A stretch of 60,147 nt of DNA from a virus (IMGVR_UViG_3300043485_000022:1-60147), one strand, 5' to 3'. Shown: positions 27,400-37,199, counted from the stretch's first letter. The notes: generated by a model from the sequence alone, not told the origin. Numbers and translations: made by a program.

Positions 27400-30300
27400 A
27401 TGCCAACGACTTTTGTAGACGACGGTTTTGTCACAGCAGGCTTCATTGACGATGCTGTTGCTGTTTCGAGTCCTGGGTTGACTCCACCTGTCCCAGGGCA
27501 GCACTGGACCGACTTCAGGGAGTACCGGCGCGGAAGGTTGATGGGTGACTGGCAGCCGATGTTCAACCCCGCCACTGAGATTCAGGTTGAGGGGAACTTT
27601 ATCGACCTTGCTGACAAGAACTTCCTGCGCTTGCAAGGACCTGACGCGAGAGCCGGTGTCACATGGAAAGCCCCAACAAACGATGTGGGCTATGCTGATC
27701 AGGAAGAAAGATTCAGAGTTCGTTTTATCGTCCAGACGGCCGATCGGAACATAGGGGCTTTACGTGTCTCAGGGACGATTGGCGCGGAGAACTGCTACTT
27801 CCTGCGGCTTGGGCCTACAGGAATGGTGATTGGGAAGTTTGTTGCGGGAGTGTCGACGGACCTTATGAGCAGTGCGACGGGATTATCGACAGGAGTTTTT
27901 TATAACGTTGCTTTCAGAGCTACTGGCACGACTCTGCGAGCGAAGTTCTGGGCGGATGGAACTGCTGAGTCTGGATGGACGTTGACGACAACGGATGCAT
28001 CGATTGTGAGTGGTGCTGTGGGGCTGTTGTGGAACATGTCCACTGAGATTGCCGAGGTTCACTACTTCTCCTGTGCAACGAACGGTCAGACAGCACCTAG
28101 CGAGGATGCGAAAGATGAAGCGATGCGTCAGTGGATCACCGAGCCTGATGAGACCATGGAAACAACGCTGCGGGTGGAGTATTACAACCCCGTGGTGGAT
28201 GCGGTGCAGGAGGCTTGGTTTAGCTCGCACCCACGTGTCACAGGGCCTACTGACTACCCGGCTAATACGCGGATGTATCAACTTTTGGACGCGGGGGTGA
28301 TCGCTAGTAAGGTTGAGGCTGATGCTTTTCTGTCTGGGGCCGGGCTGCCAACTCGGAATAATATTGTTGTCTCGAATCAAGCCACGAGCCCCAATAGCTC
28401 AGGCCCGTTGAGTGTCTGGTCGAAGTACTCTTTCTACGGCAGGCCGATTGAGGTTCGGGTTAATAAGTTGTGGAAGATCAAGCCGGGCCTGTCCACTGAT
28501 TATCTCGCTGGAGTCCGCAACCTGCACAGGCGGAGCGAGATTGCCGGGTTTGCGATCCCTTCCAAGGAACCGGACATCAGCGGCGATCAGATTTCTTTTC
28601 AGGTTGGACCCCCCGTCTCATACTTGTCAAAAGAGGTGCCTGTCGAGCGAAACATTGGAATCAGCACTGGCGTCAAATCTCTAACCAGCCTGGGCTACCT
28701 CTCTGTCCCCTCAAACACCAACTACAATCAGACGAGTTTCGTCATCTATGCAAGAGTTTTCATTCCTACGGCTGGAATAGCCGGAACATCCTATGGTCTG
28801 ATCTCGCAGCGCTTCCACACCGCCACCTCGCGTTTGCAGTGGGAAATCATTGTCTTTCAAGCTTCCTATGCCACGACTGGCAACAGACATCGCCTGTGGT
28901 TTCGGGCAACCGCTAACGACGGTACCAACCTGTTTACGTCGATCTCAAGTCCCGCGCTGAATACAAACGAGTTCCATCACATCATCGCTGGACTGAGTAG
29001 CGGTAATTCGTGGTATCTCAACATCGATGGTAAGCATATTGATGGTGGTGTGTTGACCAAGACGGTTCAGGTAGGGGACTCCGCTACTAGCGTTCTATCG
29101 GGCATGGTCGGCTGTATCTATTCAGATCACAGGATTGAGACCTACGTTGACGAGAAATCCGCGTTGGCAAGGTTCTCCACGCGGAGAGATCCTGACGTCA
29201 TAACCATTTCCATGCATCGTGGGGATGACAACACAGGTTCAACAGTAACAGACTACGCGACGATTGCAAATCACGGGACTCTTCAGGGAGTCAACAATAC
29301 GGACAGATCGTGGTATCCGACATTTCTAGGATCGGTTGAGATTACAGGCTCACCTATGCCTATGAGTGGCGGAGTCCTATCCCACGCACCCACGCAAAAT
29401 ATTGATCCGCTCAGGAGCATCTATCGTTATAACGATCGGGCCAAGACTACAGGCACAGCACTTGAGATCCGCGTGCAAGGCGCTGTCTTGACTCCTGTCA
29501 CTGATTATGCGGAGTTAGCAGAAGGTCCAGGAACAGCCGATCTCAATCCGAGTGGTCAACCTGTTACCTATGGACTCACGAAAGATTTAGCCACGTTGCA
29601 GTCAACAGCAACACACGTTGCTCAACTTGTCTCAGACACTTTGACAACCCGTGAGCTTTCGGATCGCAGCAATACAGACCTAGAATCATTTTTGGCTCTC
29701 AGAAAGACTATGCCTGTCCGTGGAGGATTTAACTATCCTCAGCCCCCGACCGTCAGCAAGTTTCTTGATGACAACATTGGTAGCACTGCGGGATGCTACG
29801 CGCTGGACAGGGACGCGAGATTGGCGGTTGGTACGATACTGCCAACGATCAATCCTGATCCATACTTGCGGATGAGTAATCTATTGGAGTTCACAGGTCT
29901 GCCAAATGGGGGTGTGACTCTCTCTGATGTAACAGGTGCCTACGCTCTGACGCAGACAGCAGGAGACTTCGGGGTTGTGTGTTGGTTCAAGATTACCAGA
30001 CCGATCGTTCCCGATCTCTCCATCTCAACAGTCGGCGGTGACTACTCACAGCCCGGCTACACAATCATCGACAAGATGGCTGGAACGACGAAGGGATACT
30101 ATCTCGGTATTGACGGTGACACAGGAGCTTTGAGATTTGCTGCCGGGGGAGTCAACTTCGGCGGCGGTCTCCACTACGCCACCATAGGCAATTACAGCAC
30201 TTGGAAAGCTGGAACGTGGTACGCGGTGTCAGCAACGGTTCAGGACGGTCATTGGTGGCTCGAGACTGCTAATCTGGTCTATGGTCCTTTGGGAGGTGAT

Positions 30301-31101
30301 GGTGGATCGGTCGGCATCTTCAATGTAACCGGAACTGGAATCGCCACAGGCACGTTGACAGATTCAACTGGCATTCCGTTGAGAATCGGTCACGGTCCCA
30401 TGGGCGGATTTGTGGGATCGATCTGTTATACAATCGGTTGTTCTCCAGCTCAAGACCCACCGTCTTATTCCCCGCTGCTTTTTCTGCCTGTACAGACGTT
30501 CGGCACAGACAGATTCTCAATGACGTTGATGGACGGAGTTCTAGCAGATCAGCCCTACGAATCCGCTCAAGGGATTTACGCTCGTGCTCATGGGTGCCGA
30601 TGGTGTCCGAGTCTCGTAGTGGATCTGAAACGCTCTCAGGCACAAGCTTCTCTTGTGAATGTCAGGACGCCTGTGCCAGCCACTCGAATCACTGTACCGT
30701 TCAAGGTCAATCTGCAAGTGCTGTCGAATGCTGATATCGTAGCTAGTGTGTCAGTCAACGTCAGATCGTCGCTGATCAATCCGGACCAGGAAAATCCTCG
30801 TTTGACAAACATTGACGACACCAAGTACGCTGGTGGTAGGCAGGTAAAGATCGAAAACAGTGTGCTGTATGATCAGACGGGATCACAAGCGGTAGCTGAT
30901 CTGCTTGATCTTCGCTTGTCTGTCAACACGAGATACGCCGAGCTAATGGAACTGACTCGAAGTCTGTTGTCTGTGGCTCTGGGAGATGAGATCGTAATCT
31001 ATGACTATCATCCTGATTTCGTCTCAGGCAGAGCTGGGCGGGTCATCAATATCAGTGGGAGTTTGTCAACTGAGAATGGAAGCCTTGGGCTGTGGGGATA
31101 G
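27400..31101 (+). CDS. Large tail tip/hub protein with LamG/ConA-like insertions
   Basis: 1233 aa, beta-rich; EFHHII..WYLNIDG; terminal LGD.I.......GRV hub-like signature. Confidence 0.72.
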   Translation: MPTTFVDDGFVTAGFIDDAVAVSSPGLTPPVPGQHWTDFREYRRGRLMGDWQPMFNPATEIQVEGNFIDLADKNFLRLQGPDARAGVTWKAPTNDVGYADQEERFRVRFIVQTADRNIGALRVSGTIGAENCYFLRLGPTGMVIGKFVAGVSTDLMSSATGLSTGVFYNVAFRATGTTLRAKFWADGTAESGWTLTTTDASIVSGAVGLLWNMSTEIAEVHYFSCATNGQTAPSEDAKDEAMRQWITEPDETMETTLRVEYYNPVVDAVQEAWFSSHPRVTGPTDYPANTRMYQLLDAGVIASKVEADAFLSGAGLPTRNNIVVSNQATSPNSSGPLSVWSKYSFYGRPIEVRVNKLWKIKPGLSTDYLAGVRNLHRRSEIAGFAIPSKEPDISGDQISFQVGPPVSYLSKEVPVERNIGISTGVKSLTSLGYLSVPSNTNYNQTSFVIYARVFIPTAGIAGTSYGLISQRFHTATSRLQWEIIVFQASYATTGNRHRLWFRATANDGTNLFTSISSPALNTNEFHHIIAGLSSGNSWYLNIDGKHIDGGVLTKTVQVGDSATSVLSGMVGCIYSDHRIETYVDEKSALARFSTRRDPDVITISMHRGDDNTGSTVTDYATIANHGTLQGVNNTDRSWYPTFLGSVEITGSPMPMSGGVLSHAPTQNIDPLRSIYRYNDRAKTTGTALEIRVQGAVLTPVTDYAELAEGPGTADLNPSGQPVTYGLTKDLATLQSTATHVAQLVSDTLTTRELSDRSNTDLESFLALRKTMPVRGGFNYPQPPTVSKFLDDNIGSTAGCYALDRDARLAVGTILPTINPDPYLRMSNLLEFTGLPNGGVTLSDVTGAYALTQTAGDFGVVCWFKITRPIVPDLSISTVGGDYSQPGYTIIDKMAGTTKGYYLGIDGDTGALRFAAGGVNFGGGLHYATIGNYSTWKAGTWYAVSATVQDGHWWLETANLVYGPLGGDGGSVGIFNVTGTGIATGTLTDSTGIPLRIGHGPMGGFVGSICYTIGCSPAQDPPSYSPLLFLPVQTFGTDRFSMTLMDGVLADQPYESAQGIYARAHGCRWCPSLVVDLKRSQAQASLVNVRTPVPATRITVPFKVNLQVLSNADIVASVSVNVRSSLINPDQENPRLTNIDDTKYAGGRQVKIENSVLYDQTGSQAVADLLDLRLSVNTRYAELMELTRSLLSVALGDEIVIYDYHPDFVSGRAGRVINISGSLSTENGSLGLWG

Positions 31102-31109
31102 GAAGTTTT

Positions 31110-31149
31110 AAAAAGAGGGGGAGGGTCTTGACGCAGACCCTCCCCCTCT
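31110..31149 (-). terminator. Intrinsic terminator of the minus-strand cassette
   Basis: Perfect 15-bp stem (31114-31128/31135-31149), followed by a T-run only on the minus strand. Confidence 0.82.
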
Positions 31150-31164
31150 CCTCTCTCACATATT

Positions 31165-31614
31165 TTATTTTGCAGTGCAGGCGGTGGACTGACGAGTGAA
31201 CAGCGCATCCAACGGGAGCTGCAATCCACCCGTGGCGTTCTGCATGTAACCCCAGCCCCATACACACCGTCCCACATAGCCGGGCTGACACTGAACACCA
31301 GAGGTCGTGGGCGAGTCTCCGCCGGTCGTGCCGTAGGACGGACAATCGACCAGCGTAGCCGTGTCGAGACACAGGTTGTGCAGAGCCGTGGATGCGAGGG
31401 GACAATCCACCTTGATGATCTGTGATCCACGATCATCCGTCCTGATACTGAGCGTAATGCGAGTGATGGTGTTGCTTGAATTGCGGGTCACTTCCTGACT
31501 CACCACATTGCCAACGATCTCGTAGTAGTTGTAGTCGGCAGCCGAGGCAAGCGAGGCGAAGAGGAGACAGACTGTGACGGCGAGCAGCACGGATGTGAAG
31601 AGGTTCTTTTTCAT
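31165..31614 (-). CDS. Secreted Cys-rich protein (moron)
   Basis: Sec signal MKKNLFTSVLLAVTVCLLFASLASA; 6 Cys in mature part; AGGA SD. Confidence 0.75.
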   Translation of the reverse strand: MKKNLFTSVLLAVTVCLLFASLASAADYNYYEIVGNVVSQEVTRNSSNTITRITLSIRTDDRGSQIIKVDCPLASTALHNLCLDTATLVDCPSYGTTGGDSPTTSGVQCQPGYVGRCVWGWGYMQNATGGLQLPLDALFTRQSTACTAK

Positions 31615-31642
31615 GTTCCTTTCCTTTCTTTTGGGTTCGGAT

Positions 31643-32209
31643 TTAGTTGCAGCCGGTTCCGTGTTGGATGAGATCGATTCTTCCGATGAGTCCTGCGCTC
31701 ATCAAGCACTCAGCAGTGGCGGGGTTTTGGCAAGCCCATTGGTAGGTGGTTGAAGTTTCGCCCCACGGAAGGGTCTGATTCACCGTTACGCAGGACTTGC
31801 TACAAGATCCCAGAATGTAGGTAATAGCACTTTTCATATTCGCGTTCAAGCTAGACCACGAACAAGAGTTGATCGTGGCGAGAGCGACACAAGTAGAGTC
31901 CAGAGAGCCGTTGCAACTTGCCGACTCAGACTGCAATGAGAGGTTCGTGCTGGAGTTGTAGATCGTCAGAGTCGTCGTGACGGTAGAACCCGAGGTCGTG
32001 ACAGTGGCTCCGTAGACATTAGCTGCGCTGCTCGTGTACACGTCTTGGTAGAGAGTGGTGTTGATGTCGCCGAACTGACGCCGCTCCGTGGTGACTTGAT
32101 TGGTACGACCTAGGCGTAGAGAGGGAGATTGATCAGCGTGAGCAGGGGAAGATGAAGAGAGAGTTGAACTGAAAAGAAGAACGAGAAGTAGAACGATCTT
32201 TCGTGCCAT
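31643..32209 (-). CDS. Secreted Cys/Ser/Thr-rich protein (moron)
   Basis: Sec signal ending AHA; 8 Cys; GAGG SD. Confidence 0.75.
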   Translation of the reverse strand: MARKIVLLLVLLFSSTLSSSSPAHADQSPSLRLGRTNQVTTERRQFGDINTTLYQDVYTSSAANVYGATVTTSGSTVTTTLTIYNSSTNLSLQSESASCNGSLDSTCVALATINSCSWSSLNANMKSAITYILGSCSKSCVTVNQTLPWGETSTTYQWACQNPATAECLMSAGLIGRIDLIQHGTGCN

Positions 32210-32291
32210 GTCTTGACCTCTATCTGGAGAGGTAAGAGGCTTGATTGCCTCTGAGAAAGTAAGACACCAATCTTTGTGCTACGGGTTAAAG

Positions 32292-32321
32292 ACTCTAGTC
32301 AACTCCTTTGGCTCAGGTCAA
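32292..32321 (-). promoter_or_regulatory. sigma70 promoter for the secreted-protein pair
   Basis: Minus strand TTGACC-N18-TAGAGT; AGATTTCTCTTGAC is shared with 32667-32680. Confidence 0.7.
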
Positions 32322-32356
32322 GAGAAATCTCAGCGCTCGGCGTAAAAGATCAGCAG

Positions 32357-32389
32357 TCCACTCTCTTTGTGGTCGGCAAAGAGAGTGGA
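32357..32389 (-). terminator. Hairpin directly after precursor 2 (terminator or stabiliser)
   Basis: Perfect 13-bp stem TCCACTCTCTTTG/CAAAGAGAGTGGA. Confidence 0.6.
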
Positions 32390-32398
32390 TGAAGCGTT

Positions 32399-32593
32399 TT
32401 AGTACAAAGGCGGGATGCAGGGCAGCAATACAGTGTCGCCCTCTCCACCTCCTGTCCCTTGCCGAGGGCGGGGATTGCAGGGGCACGTCACATGCGAAAA
32501 CTCGATGTTGGGAGGATTGGGCGGATCTTCACCTCCACGCAGACTGCGCAATGTCTCAGACGTCAGAGCCAACTTTCGCAATTTCTTCTTCAT
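32399..32593 (-). CDS. RiPP (lanthipeptide-like) precursor peptide 2
   Basis: Leader MKKKLRKLALTSETLRSLRGG aligns with precursor 1; core has 3 Cys and 4 Ser/Thr; AAGGA SD. Confidence 0.72.
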   Translation of the reverse strand: MKKKLRKLALTSETLRSLRGGEDPPNPPNIEFSHVTCPCNPRPRQGTGGGEGDTVLLPCIPPLY

Positions 32594-32751
32594 TGTGCGT
32601 TTCCTTTGATCTCGAAATTGGAGCTTCAGTGCTCCATAAAAATCATCTTACAGAACTCTTGTGAGAGTCAAGAGAAATCTTCGTCCTCTAACGATGAGGC
32701 CCTGTTCTGTCCTCTGGGGTGTGCTAAACTCCTCCCCAGGTCTACTCTCCC

Positions 32752-33564
32752 ATGCCAACCACCACCACCAACACCCTGCTCATCGCCTTCTTCGACGGCA
32801 TCGGCGAGAACACCATCCCCACAGCCAACTTTACGCCTGTATCGGGCTTTCCGCTAGCGAATCTTAAAAACTCCCAACTCCTCAGCAGAACCAGAACTCC
32901 AGACCTCACCACCGACCGTCAACTGACCTGGGACTGGGGGGTCCCTGTGGAGTTCAACGTCTTCATGCTGACGGGGACGAACGCCTCTCCACAAGCTCTG
33001 CGAAGGTTTCGGGCTGCGGATGATGCCGGGTTTACGACCGGGGTAGTCGAGTCGGGAGCAATCCTCACGAGCGCAACCGATTTGTCCCTCGGGCAGTCCC
33101 GCGTCATCTACACCCCGCCTTGGGGCCGCTCGCTGATTTACGTCCTCCCGACCAGCATCTCAAAGCGTTACACCCGCTGGCACCAGTCCGACGCTCTGAA
33201 CCCCGACAACTATCAAGAGTGGGGGATTGCTCGGATCGGACTGGGGTTGCAGTTCCCGTTCATGGAATGGAAAAGCTCCACAAGCATCCAAGGTGTCCCG
33301 GGGAGTCAGAAGGCCCAGCGGACCCACGAGTACAGTCTGGAGAGATTGACCAAGGATCAAGCTTATACGGTCGAGAACTTGTGCTTGCAATCGCTGAACA
33401 CACGTCGAGTGCTGGTGATCCCAGAGCCTCTGACACCCGCAACCTATTCAGACGCGATCTGGGCCACATTCGAGGGTTCACACACTCGCGAGCCGATTAG
33501 CCGTTCGGCCTACTCCAGCAAGAAGTACAAGGTTACTATTTCGTTCAAAGAAGCTGATCAATAA
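32752..33564 (+). CDS. Tail tip/distal tail-type protein
   Basis: Position in tail module; terminal YKVTISFKEA pattern. Confidence 0.6.
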   Translation: MPTTTTNTLLIAFFDGIGENTIPTANFTPVSGFPLANLKNSQLLSRTRTPDLTTDRQLTWDWGVPVEFNVFMLTGTNASPQALRRFRAADDAGFTTGVVESGAILTSATDLSLGQSRVIYTPPWGRSLIYVLPTSISKRYTRWHQSDALNPDNYQEWGIARIGLGLQFPFMEWKSSTSIQGVPGSQKAQRTHEYSLERLTKDQAYTVENLCLQSLNTRRVLVIPEPLTPATYSDAIWATFEGSHTREPISRSAYSSKKYKVTISFKEADQ

Positions 33565-33627
33565 GCTGATCAGCCGATGTTGCAGCGTAGCACCAGACAA
33601 GACAGCGTTTCAGGAAAGGATCTCACA

Positions 33628-34305
33628 ATGGAAGCAGGAGTCTTCACCAACCTCGCAGGAGCCCAGACCGTCGCTCGTCTCTTCTCAGCCCTGGGCCAGA
33701 AGATCTACGGCAGGTTCAACCCGCAGCTCCCCTATCCACCCTTGTACTCGGCGGATGGGCTGAACCGCTACGGCTTTCGCCAGTTCTACAACGGCTACGT
33801 GCGTGGGCCGGAGGGGACAAGTCTGAGTCAGTTGCAAGCAGCAACGGATCGCGGCCTGTTGCCTGGGATTCACCAGAACTCAGCTGGCGTCTATCCGCGC
33901 TTGAGCCTGCAAGACTACTACGACTCGCTCTACCTACAAGCTCCGAACGGGTCGAGCTTCTACGACATGTACGTGCCTGCTGAGGATGTCGTAACGCCGA
34001 CTGAGACGGGACCTGTCACGAAGCCGGTTGAGCCTCCGGTTGTCCAGCCTTCTGCGCCGCCTGTCGTACCCCCCACGACTCCTCCTGTTGGTCAGCCGGA
34101 CGTGTCCGTAGCTCTGGAGGCCATGACTCTGAAGTACACGACTCTGCTGAAGGATCATCAGGCTCTTATTCGCAACGTAGAGCGCATCCCGCGCAGCTAT
34201 GACGAACTCCCCACGCGTGGCGGTGGAAAGTGGGTCAATGTCATTCGTTCGATCTACGATGACCTCAACCGTCTGACAACCGACGCGAAGAACAAGCCTC
34301 GTTGA
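33628..34305 (+). CDS. Hypothetical protein with Pro-rich linker
   Basis: AAGGA SD before ATG. Confidence 0.6.
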   Translation: MEAGVFTNLAGAQTVARLFSALGQKIYGRFNPQLPYPPLYSADGLNRYGFRQFYNGYVRGPEGTSLSQLQAATDRGLLPGIHQNSAGVYPRLSLQDYYDSLYLQAPNGSSFYDMYVPAEDVVTPTETGPVTKPVEPPVVQPSAPPVVPPTTPPVGQPDVSVALEAMTLKYTTLLKDHQALIRNVERIPRSYDELPTRGGGKWVNVIRSIYDDLNRLTTDAKNKPR

Positions 34306-34435
34306 AACTGAGCTAGTCATGTGGGAGATCATCAAAACAACCTTTGCTCTCGTCGGGCTGTTGTACACCTGTCTACTCGCTAAAGACCTGTACTGGTACC
34401 GACGATTCAAGCACTAGCATAAGGAGGTCCTCGCG

Positions 34436-34831
34436 ATGGATGACAACCGACAAACCTTGCCACCGCCTGACCTGGAGGAGGTGTTCAGCACAGCGATTGG
34501 AACCAACATGCGGACCTACATCACTGCCGGTGTGGGAATCGTGACGATGTTCCTCTCTGGCTTTAACCTGATCGAGCTGAATGAGAAACAGATCACTGCC
34601 ACCACGGGTGCTCTGATCTTCCTGGCTTTCATCTTCACGCGGCTGGCGATCGCTCGCGGACAGAAAGACTCAGCTCTGGCAGCTCAGGCGTCGGTACAGA
34701 CTTTGATCCACGCAAAGCAACAGACCGACGAGATCAAGGCTTCCATCGAAGCAGCGTCGCCTGAAGGTAGACTCTTGGCAGCGATATCGCCTCGAATTCC
34801 TCGGCAGCGAAGCGAGGGGGAGGATCGATGA
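34436..34831 (+). CDS. Holin-like membrane protein (2 TM)
   Basis: Two hydrophobic helices, AGGAGG SD, follows tail module. Confidence 0.55.
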   Translation: MDDNRQTLPPPDLEEVFSTAIGTNMRTYITAGVGIVTMFLSGFNLIELNEKQITATTGALIFLAFIFTRLAIARGQKDSALAAQASVQTLIHAKQQTDEIKASIEAASPEGRLLAAISPRIPRQRSEGEDR

Positions 34832-35262
34832 AACCGTCCAATCGCTTCGCCCTCTCAGCAGCCCTGGTAGCCTTGCTTAGCTTGTGGGGCTGCTCGGCTG
34901 TCCCCCCGCCACAGAACTCCGCTCAGCCGTCCGCCCAGCACCAGCAACGGACGCTCTACAAGTCCTACGCGGACTGGCTCGTCTCGGCAGCAACCGTCCA
35001 CCGGCAGTTGATGATTGCTGCGGGTGGGGCTGCTGAATCAAGGCTGCTCACTGAAGATCAGCTCTCTATCGTCCGCCGCTCAGGCAAGCAGCTCGAACTC
35101 GCTCTTCGGGCTGCTCAGATCGCCCTGACAGCCTACGTGTCAGGCGGGGTGGAGCCGGGGTTCGTCGGCCAGGACTCGACCAGCTTGAGCGAAAAGATCA
35201 CCAACTGCATGCAACTGCTGGCGAGCTTCACACAACTCGTGCAGTCGATGGGGGTCAAGTAA
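34828..35262 (+). CDS. Lipoprotein, possible o-spanin
   Basis: Signal peptide with lipobox LWGC. Confidence 0.6.
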   Translation: MKPSNRFALSAALVALLSLWGCSAVPPPQNSAQPSAQHQQRTLYKSYADWLVSAATVHRQLMIAAGGAAESRLLTEDQLSIVRRSGKQLELALRAAQIALTAYVSGGVEPGFVGQDSTSLSEKITNCMQLLASFTQLVQSMGVK

Positions 35263-35263
35263 G

Positions 35264-35593
35264 ATGGGATTCAACCTCAATCCAGAAGTCATGTCAGAGC
35301 TTATCCGCGTTGGCGTTCCTCTCGTGGTGGATCTGATTGAACGTCGTGCGTCAAAACCCATTGACGAGATCCCCGACACGGAGCTGCTGCTGATGCTTCG
35401 CGACCCGAACCTGATCGCAGACACGGACAGCGCGATTGAGGAGGGTCGGGAGCGAGTGAGAGTGGTGAAGCAGAAGTCAGACGAAGATCGTGTTCAGAGC
35501 TTGGCTACTTCTCTGGGAGAGTTCAAGCCAGAAGACGCAACCGCGGAGCATCACGAAGACGACGAGATCATGCCACAGGACTTTCCCGAGTAG
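35264..35593 (+). CDS. Hypothetical protein
   Basis: Coupled ORF in membrane cluster. Confidence 0.55.
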   Translation: MGFNLNPEVMSELIRVGVPLVVDLIERRASKPIDEIPDTELLLMLRDPNLIADTDSAIEEGRERVRVVKQKSDEDRVQSLATSLGEFKPEDATAEHHEDDEIMPQDFPE

Positions 35594-35632
35594 CCACACG
35601 TCAAGCAACCTGTAAGGGATTCCACCCCGCGA

Positions 35633-36055
35633 ATGCTAACAACTCTATCCCATCCTGCCGCCGCTCGCCTCTCATCCCAGGGCAAGTGCTGGGGGTGGAA
35701 TCCCTATCTCGTCGTCTCTCACAGCATTGGCAGCTTGCTAATCTGGTTTGGCTTCACCTTCATCACCTTCGCCGCTCTGTGGGTTTACAAGCGTGGCGGG
35801 CTAGCTCAGATCTACACGACTTATCCTAGCTTGTGGCGCTGGGGAATGGGGTTTCTGTTCTGCTGTGGCATGGCTCGGCTTGGGGAGTTTCTGGAGATCT
35901 TCTATGGCGGTAAGTTCTACTACGTGACAGCTGGACTGAAGATTGTGACAGGTGGGTTTGCTCTCGGGTTTGCTTGCGTGTTCGTGCGAGCGGCTAATGA
36001 TCTCGTCGCTATGGCCAAGCTGATCGGAATTGCTCTTAAAGCTGACAACGGATGA
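35633..36055 (+). CDS. Stand-alone 3-TM protein resembling the ETR1-type ethylene-binding domain
   Basis: G.C..W.P.LV..H....LI, F...CG...L.E and Y......K..T pattern. Confidence 0.6.
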   Translation: MLTTLSHPAAARLSSQGKCWGWNPYLVVSHSIGSLLIWFGFTFITFAALWVYKRGGLAQIYTTYPSLWRWGMGFLFCCGMARLGEFLEIFYGGKFYYVTAGLKIVTGGFALGFACVFVRAANDLVAMAKLIGIALKADNG

Positions 36056-36543
36056 TGATTGACATGACAACACACTGGCCACAGCAGTTGATATTGCTCA
36101 TGTTTCAAGCCGGCAATCCCATGGACCCTTCGCAGTACCAAGCTTGGGGGATCTTAGGCACTCTGGCTTTTGCTATCTTTGTCCTGTGTGCAGTGCTGTG
36201 GCGATTGTTTAATCGCCAGACGCAGGCTTTCGAGGCCCGTGACAAGGTGCTCATGGATTTCGTTGACAGACATCGCTCCGAGAACTCGGCAAGTCTAGTC
36301 AAGATCGCTGATACGATGTCAGCTTCACACGAGAAGCTTGGCAACGTCTTGGATCATTCGATGTCGAAGCTTGAAGAGGCTTTTGTTCGACAGCAACGAC
36401 GGCTGGATGAAGTGCTGCTGACAGGCCGAGTGCTCGAAAAAGTAGCTGCGATGAAGAAGCGTGGCGATCAACTGGACGAAACCACCATAGAGCGCGTGAT
36501 CTCCGCTGTTTTACAACAGAATAAGACTTCGGGAGAGTCCTGA
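36052..36543 (+). CDS. 1-TM coiled-coil protein (holin or spanin-like)
   Basis: N-terminal TM followed by coiled coil. Confidence 0.5.
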   Translation: MMIDMTTHWPQQLILLMFQAGNPMDPSQYQAWGILGTLAFAIFVLCAVLWRLFNRQTQAFEARDKVLMDFVDRHRSENSASLVKIADTMSASHEKLGNVLDHSMSKLEEAFVRQQRRLDEVLLTGRVLEKVAAMKKRGDQLDETTIERVISAVLQQNKTSGES

Positions 36544-36824
36544 TGCGGGGATTGCTGATCCGAACAGTGGACAGGTGGGCTCCGTGTCTGATCGCAGTTG
36601 TTACTCTTTTTCTGGTTATCGGGATCGGTTGGATCAACTCTGAGCGCGTCGCCAAGTTGGAAGGAATGATCGCTGTCCAAGACAAGACAATCTCTCGCTT
36701 AGATGTCAGCTTGCGCGAGGATGTCCGGATGTATCAGACCTATGTGCTGGTGTTGCAGCGCAAGATGATCGAATACGGAATGCAAGTCCCTGACCTCAAA
36801 CCCACTGATAAAAAGGAGAAGTGA
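36543..36824 (+). CDS. 1-TM coiled-coil protein (i-spanin-like)
   Basis: TM followed by coiled coil. Confidence 0.45.
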   Translation: MRGLLIRTVDRWAPCLIAVVTLFLVIGIGWINSERVAKLEGMIAVQDKTISRLDVSLREDVRMYQTYVLVLQRKMIEYGMQVPDLKPTDKKEK

Positions 36825-36825
36825 C

Positions 36826-37164
36826 ATGGCCGGAGCTGCTTGCAAGATCATCATCGACAACATGCGCGAGGGGATTGCTCGGGGGTTGGAACAGGTCCTT
36901 ACCTCGCCCCTGGTGCGCGGAAAGATGTTGGATGAACAGACTTGCAATGACATGCTTCAAACCCTTGTCAACATCGATCTGCGCTCGTACACAGGGGTTG
37001 AGTACGGCGGGACTCCCCTAGAGAGCTGCGACAGAGACTCAGAAAGACGCGAGCGCGGCTATGGCTATATGGACATCATCGCTGAGCTTGTTCGCCTGGG
37101 AGTGTTCACAGACGAGGTGTGGGTGATGCTGAGGCATCCGGACAACCCACGAGTACCGCGCTAG
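36826..37164 (+). CDS. Hypothetical protein
   Basis: AGGAG SD; last gene before the terminator. Confidence 0.55.
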   Translation: MAGAACKIIIDNMREGIARGLEQVLTSPLVRGKMLDEQTCNDMLQTLVNIDLRSYTGVEYGGTPLESCDRDSERRERGYGYMDIIAELVRLGVFTDEVWVMLRHPDNPRVPR

Positions 37165-37199
37165 CAAGTCTCGCACGTCACAGTCACAGTTCTGGTTTC

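Noticed and set aside
28145-28163. CTGATGAG...GAAAC hammerhead-like core
   Set aside because: No stem II or flanking stems; lies inside a tail CDS.
31183-31196. GGTGGACTGACGAG, identical to part of the hammerhead (41237-41250)
   Set aside because: No GAAA or GUC partner stems nearby; inside a coding region; treated as chance.
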